64,000 bases of DNA. It comes from the human T2T-CHM13v2.0 reference genome, Homo sapiens. The translations under genes were made by a program, and so were the position numbers. Below are positions 57,229 to 64,000 of this stretch, one piece after another; position 1 is the first letter of the stretch; every line of letters begins with the position of its first letter. Location of the stretch: the NCBI RefSeq assembly GCF_009914755.1, contig NC_060928.1; one strand, 5' to 3'. The notes under the pieces were generated by a model. The model was not told where the DNA came from and searched no databases. It was given only the letters and a program-made list of their open reading frames with translations.

Positions 57229-58529
57229 TGCTACTGGAAACCAGTCCCGATCCAGACCCCAAAAGACGATTCTTGGATCTTGCACAAGAAAGAAAGGGTG
57301 AGTCCATAAAGTAAAGTGAAAGCATGTTTATTAAGAAAGTAAAGGATAAAGAATGGCTACTTCATAGGCAGGGAAGCCCCGAGGGCTACTGGTTGCCCAT
57401 TTTTATGGTTATTTCTTGATTATATTGGTACGAACAGGAGGCAAGGAAATATTGGGTAGAAGGGGGCGGTTCCTTGGCAAAGACACCACCCTCAAGCTTG
57501 GAAATCCATGGCCCTAAATTTGAACAGGCATTCCTGTTTTCACACCTTAATGTTGCCTTTTGGCCTGCCATGTCCCCCAATCCTATACCCAAATAAACCC
57601 TAAACCTCAGGCTCCAACAGCAGAAGATCAGAGGAGCAGAAGAGTGGTGCAGCAGAGAAGGAGAGAAGAGAAGGAATGTCTAAATGTCAAGAGGAGTTCA
57701 GCTGGGGACAGTCAGAGAGGAGATAGGCCATGGGACAGCCAAACTCTAGGGGAAAATCATCTTTCCACTCCATCCCCTTTCCAGCTCCCCATCCATCCCA
57801 CTGACAGCCACCTCCACCACTCAGTAAAACCCCCGCATTCACCATCCTTCAAGTCTGTGTGTGACCTGATTCTTCCTGGACACCGGACAAGGACCCGGAT
57901 ACCAGGAGGTCACTGAGCTGATTAACACTTAAGCCATCTGTGGACAGCAGAGCTAAGAGGCAGTGTAACATGCACACTGGGGCTTTGGGAGTTGCAGACA
58001 CCCACCCTTAGATCCTACCATGGGGCTGGAGCCCAAAAGCACTTTCTCCAGCTCTTGCACCTGCCTATGTGCATGCTCTTCCTCCCGTAAGGGGTTTGAG
58101 CTCATGGTGGCCAAACAGACAAACCACACCCCTGTTGCACGTCCTGCAAGTTGGGGGTCAGGGAACTCTCCTGTTTCAACATGTTAAACAAGGGGTGGAT
58201 TATTCATGCCTCCTCTTTTTAGACCATATAGGGTAAATTCTGGACATTGCCATGGCGTTTGTAAATTGTCATGGTGCTGTTGGGAGTGTAGCAGTTAGGA
58301 CAACCAGAGGTCAGATCACCATCTTGGTTTTGGTGGGTTTTGGCCAGCTTCTTGACTGCAACTTGTTTTATCAGCAAGGTCTTTATAACCTGTATCTTGT
58401 GCCAACCTCCCATCTCATCTTGTGACTTAGAATGCCTAACTGCCTGGGAATGCAGCCCAGCAGGTCTCAGCCTTATTTTACCAGGCCCCTATCCAAGATG
58501 GAGACACTCTGGTTCAAATGCCTCTGACA
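57229..58529 (-). mobile_element. MER41A solo LTR (ERV1), split by MER50
   Basis: Minus-strand start TGTCAGAGGCATTTGAACCAGAG..TCCATCTTG; other end CCCGATCCAGACCCCAA; TSD TTAT/TTAC. Confidence 0.88.
57426..58178 (+). mobile_element. MER50 solo LTR (ERV1) nested in MER41A
   Basis: TGGTACGAACAGGAGGCAAGGAAATATTGGGTAGAAG...GGGAACTCTCCTGTTTCA; 4-bp TSD ATAT/ACAT; MER41 resumes in register. Confidence 0.85.
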
Positions 58530-61145
58530 TTACTTCCAAGATGATTCCTTTTTTCATTACGTAGTGGCCCCTTTATCTTTGAAAATGCTTTATCTATCAT
58601 CTATTTTATTTGATATTAATATAGCTACATGAAATTTCTGTATTTTTACAGCCTCTTTACCTATCTGACATGTAATACCCATACAATAAAGAGCATGTAA
58701 GGCACTGATCTTAAGAATAGAGTTTGATAATTTTTTTCTAATGTATACAGCCATGTACCCACCACCCAGATCAAGATAGAGAATATTGCCAGCATCAAAG
58801 GAAGTCACTAGCTTTATTTCAGTTGGTATTTTCCTCAGACATCTTTTTTTTCCATCCCTTACTTTTTACTTATCTATTTATGTTTTAAAGATTTTACTTT
58901 CAAACAGTACGTGACTTTTAGTAAAGTTACAGTACATTGATTGATTGATTGTTACCTTAAAACCCAAGCCACTAAGTATCAACAACATCCTCTGTTCCTA
59001 TTCTCCCCTCAAATAAAAGTAGACTTGCCATATTTGTTTAGAATTTCTGTGTCTGCCAAGGGAGTCTTTAATTGCTAAAACTAAAAGACTCTATCCATAT
59101 TTGCTTTTAGTGCTTTCCTGTTTTTATTTTAGTAACTTAACCTTAATTATGTGAAATATTTTATGTTGTAAAGAATGAGTAGTACAGATCCATTTTTTTC
59201 TTCTTGAGTATCTGACAAATTTTCTGAATACAGTGAAAATCTATCTTTTTATATTGATTTGAAAGCTGCTTTCTTCATGACACTAAATTATTACACGTAT
59301 TTGAATTTACAAATGAATTGTTACATTTCACTTATCTGAATATATATTTCTTTACCCGGAATGTTCTTTTAATTAATGCTTAATATAACTATATATTATA
59401 ATTCCTGGCTGAAGAAGTTCCCACTCATTGTTCTTCATTTTCATAATTTTTCTGACTATTAACACACATTTATTCTTCTAGATGGAGGCTGTTTAACCTT
59501 GGCACTATTGATATTTTGGACTGGATAAATAAAAATCAGTAGTGGGATCCTTCTAATTTCCTCTACTTTCTTTTTGTAGCTCTGTTTGGTGCCCTCAGGT
59601 GGGAATGCTATGTCAACTCTCCAGTACCTTCTTTCTTTTTGGCCCAAAGCAGATATTCTGCAGAGTTTCTTGTATGACGTTGGGTTGTTTCTTAAATTTC
59701 AGAGTAGATTATTGTTTATTCTATACTTTTCTTCATTTAAGCAGATTTCAAATAGATGGAATTTGTAAATATTTTCTCAAGCCTCCATCTTCTCATTTTA
59801 AATTTCTTTAAGAAATATTTAAATTACTATTTTCACTTATCTGTTTTTAATTGCTCTGCTATTGTTTGGTATTTATAAGTGATTTATTATTTTATCCTTT
59901 TTATTAGGTAAGAGATGTTAATGGTGAGTTTGAGATTGATAGGAGCTATTTTGTTAGAAATAAATGAGGAACTGTTGCAAGAATGGACTGTGATTTTTAC
60001 CTTTTATTGAATTGTTTTGGCTTCTTACAGCCTCATGACACTTTCCTTAGTGTTTAACACAAACAACTAAAGTAAAATAACTGCCATTTCTCTCCTTGCA
60101 GTTAAACTGCAAACAGCTCTTTTTATAAGAACTGTGATTGCCTCTAGCAAGCAGTCTCAAGTACTTGATATATCAACACACTATTGCCCCTTTTTTTCAC
60201 ACCTGAAGTTTGTAGAATAAACCACTAAAAATTTCATAGTATCTGAGGAGAATGGATCTCTCCAGATGATGTTTTCTTGCCTGGGGCCAATATGTGCACC
60301 ATAGAGTCAGTCCCCTTTATCTGCCATAAAACTTTGTTTATGAAGCATTGCTTAATCAATCTTCACATGGTAGGACGATACAGGCAAAAGCTGAGGTCTT
60401 GCTATACATCTCTTTCAAAGTTTTCCGTCAAGGCCATTTTGCTTTTAGTCACTTTTTTTTAATATTTTCGGCAGCAGTTATTTATTTCATTTCATTGTAT
60501 TTGACCCATCCAAATGTTTAACATGGTTTTATAAAAGTAACTTTATTTTCAGCTTGTCTGTAGATTCAATTTTCTTGTAGTTGCTGGTATAAGTAATAGG
60601 GAAAAATGTATCAGTCTTATACAATAAAGAAGTTCAGATGAGCGTGTGTGGGAGTGTGTGATATAGGAAGAAGCAATCGGTATATAACAACATATGTCTG
60701 CCTGCTACGCTTTTAATACTTGTTAGAGTTTTAGTTTCTATGAGTATCTTGGAGGTGCTGGAATATATATGCAAATTTCCTTCTAAAAGATTGCACCAAG
60801 TTACATTACCATAACAACAATAAGAATTTACTGCATCCTTAGCACATTGAATATTATATTAGAAATACCACTTTGTAGGTTTCATAGATAATGGATAAAT
60901 TTTCTGTTGTTTTAATTTACGTTTTAAAAGTAGTGAGGTTGAAAATGATGCAATTTGAAATGCATGTGCATAAGAAGTTGAATAGAAGTTTATTGGTCAG
61001 AATGTGGAATGAGTTTTGAACAAGTTAAATGTTTTGAAAAACAGTATGAATGTACTGAATACTTTTGAGGTGTGATCTTCTAATTGCTCTAGCAAATTGA
61101 ATTGGTCATAAGAAAACGTTTGAATTTTTCCGATCAGTCAGTCAT

Positions 61146-62416
61146 TGTATTAGTTCATTCCCATGCTGCTATAAAGAAGTGCCTGAGACTGGGTAATTTA
61201 TAAAGGAAAGAAGTTTAATTGACTCACAATTCTGCGTGGCTGAGAAGGTTTCAGGAAACTTACAATCGTGGCAGAAGGGGAAGCAAACACATTGTTTTTC
61301 ACATGATGGCAAAAGTAAATGGGGAAGCCCCTTATAAAACCATCAGATCTCATGAGAATTTGCTCACTATCATGAAAATAGCATGGGGGAAACTGCCACA
61401 ATGATTCAATTACCTCCCACTACATTCCTCCCACAACACATGGGGATTGTGGGAACTACAATTCAAGATGAGATTTGGGTGGGGACACAGCCAAACCACA
61501 TCACTATGCCCCTGACCCCTCCCAAATCTCATGTCCTCACATTTCAAAACACAATCATGCCTTCCAAACAGTCCCCCAAAGTCTAAACTCATTCCAGCAT
61601 TAACTCAAAAGTCCAAGTCCAAAGTCTCATCTGAGACAAGGCAAGTCCCTTCCACCTATGAGCCTGTAAAATCAAAAGCAAGTTAGTTACTTCCTAGATA
61701 CAATGAGGGTATAGGCAATGGGTAAATGCACCCATTCTAAATAGGATAAATTGGCCAAAAACAGGAGCTACAGGCCCATGCAAGTCTGAAATCCAGTGGA
61801 GCAGTAATTAAATCTTAAAGCATCTTAATAATCTCTTTTGACTCCATGTCTCACATCCAGGTAATGCTGTTGCAAGAGGTGGGCTCCCACAGTCTTGGGA
61901 AGCTCAGCTCCTGTGGCTTTGCATGGTAAACCCCCCCGCCTCGGCTGCTTTCACAGGCTGTCTGTTATCTAGTTCCAAAGTCACTTCTGCATTTTTAGGT
62001 ATCCTTATAGCAGCACCCCACCTCTAGTACCAACTTACTGTATTAGTCTGTTCTCATGCTGTTATAAAAAACTGCCCAAGACTGTGTAATTTATAAAGGA
62101 AAGAGGTTTTATTGATCTACAGTTTTGCATGGCTGGGAAGGTCTCAGGATACTTACAATCATGACCAAAGGGGAAACAAACACATCTTTCTTACATAGTG
62201 GCAGGAAGGAGAAGAATGAGAGCTGAGTGAAGGGGGAAGCTCCTTTATAAAACTATCAGATTATGTGAGAATTTACTCACTATCATGAGAATAGCACAGG
62301 GGAAACCACCGCAATGATTCAAGTACCTCCCACTGGGTTCCTCCCATGACATGTGGGGATTATTGGAACTACAATTCAAGATGAGATTTGAGTGGGAACA
62401 CAGCCAAACCATATCA
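61146..62416 (-). mobile_element. THE1 element with an internal deletion: LTRs 61146-61503 and 62039-62416, internal ~535 bp
   Basis: Two THE1 LTRs (TGTATTAGT...CAGCCAAACCA(C/T)ATCA), 5-bp TSD GTCAT, both ends of THE1-int present with the middle missing. Confidence 0.93.
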
Positions 62417-63689
62417 GTCATTCCACATATTGAGTGATTTCTCTCTTCTATTCAGTATTCTTCCACAGAGAGGGACCCATAGTCATTACCTTCAAGGAAC
62501 CTAAATCCTGGTGTTTTTATGGTTACGGGTGGCATATAATATACAGGTAAGCCAATGTTACAGGATGTTGTGAAACTATTCCTATTCTTCCATAAGTAGC
62601 CACTAGGACCACGGCTGAAACCAAGAGGCACTGATTACCACCTCACTCTAAAGAGAATTACTGAGTTTGTGTTCACTGCTGGGGCCAGATCTCTTTGCAG
62701 GGCTATGTTAGGCTTTACACAATGTGACCCTCTAGTCTGTACAAGGAGAGGAATGCAGAGGGAAAGCGATTCACTGGAGTCTCTCGTCAGTGACCTGGTG
62801 GTGAATATATGGTAATGGGTAAATCCCACTTCACCTAATGAAGAAAAGGAGAAGGATGCACTTCATTCTTAGAATCTAAGCAGGAACAGGAAAGGGAAAA
62901 TCTAGGAGAAAAGCTTACAAAGACTGTAAATGCCTTCAAGAAGGTGAGAGAAACTAATATTTGGTTTACTGTCAGCAGTCTGTTCGGGCGGCATTTTGCC
63001 AATATAGCCCTATCCTAAGGGAAAGGGAATTGTGGTTGGACAACCGAGTTCTGAGAAAGGCAGTGATTGAGCAGCTGAATTCCATCCATTTGGTGGGTAA
63101 GGACCCCAGAGTATTCAAAGTATCAAATGGAATGTGACTGAAGAGTTATCTTGCTGATCTTACCCAGGAGGACTGTCCCCTAGGCAAGGGGACACCAAAC
63201 ACAATGAGGCATGGGATAAGGATTTCGTGATGAGAATCGGGCAGAACTGGAGTTTAATCCTCATGTCATGGTAAGGCCCTCTGAAATTCTCTCTACGCCT
63301 TTGAGAGACTCAGCATTTAGTTTCTGACTCCTAGAGTCCCTTAGTAGCCAGTCAACGTAAGCCAAGTTAGTAGCTACAGCCGTCAGGCACACAATTACAC
63401 CATGAACAGTGAAGTAAAAAAATGTCCTTTCTTTGCTTTCTTCCTCTAATCTCAATCCCAGAGGCATGAAAACCTAGAAAAAAGAAAGTAGCTGTATAGC
63501 TTTCATTTACATATAAGATTGATGTTTTGAAATTTTAATAACAAAAACAACCAGAAAGTTGCCTATCTCCCCAAGATGTTTCTAGGGAATAGGAATAAGA
63601 AATAGGAAAAGTATATTCCATGCAGTATAAGCAAATTTAAAAAATTAATTTTTTTTACCCTACTGAATTGAGACTTGCCAATAACCAGT

Positions 63690-63960
63690 TATACAAATAA
63701 AGAGGCTAGTCCTGGGAGCTGAGTGCTATGAAAAAAATACAGGTAGAAAATGAAAGAGAAATTAATGGGAAGGAGGGAAGAAGACTACAAGCTGCTTTGC
63801 GTTGGGTAGGCAGGGAAGACCTATTTCATTCAATGAAATTTTACTGAGTTTTCCTGTGTTCTAGCCATTATTCTGCGCTCTGAGGATACATCGTAAACAA
63901 AGCAGATAAAAAATACAGTCATCAGAATTTTCCTTGAAGGTGTGAGACAGGAATAATATG
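63690..63960 (-). mobile_element. L2 fragments
   Basis: GAGTGCTATGAAAAAAATACAGG; TTCATTCAATGAAATTTTACTGAG...CTGTGTTCTAGCCATTATTCT...TGAGGATACA. Confidence 0.55.
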
Positions 63961-64000
63961 GAGGCAGTCAAGCAAAGATATGAAGCAAAAAAAGGAGAAA

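Overview
Non-coding, repeat-dense primate genomic DNA. AluY places it in a catarrhine, most likely human, and it reads as intergenic or deep intronic. I find no supportable protein-coding exon, RNA gene or CRISPR array; the ORF track is explained by Alu, L1, LTR, simple-repeat or chance frames. The window holds about 14 Alus, old L1M/L1PB pieces, MIR/L2 fragments, two THE1 proviruses, several solo LTRs and hAT/TcMar DNA transposons, many with readable target-site duplications (TSDs). The main observation is a ~3.4 kb non-L1, polyadenylated segment (about 202-3583, minus-strand poly-A preceded by ATTAAA) inserted into the middle linker of an AluY. It has a perfect 16-17 bp TSD and carries repeats far older than its host Alu, so it is a retrocopy or orphan transduction of another locus. 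Other points of interest: a five-element nested TE cluster (45.0-46.7 kb), MER50 nested in a GAS-less MER41A, an L1MA whose 5'UTR is joined directly to its 3' end, several local duplications and a few motif-dense unique segments. Family names come from recalled consensus sequences, not from a database search.
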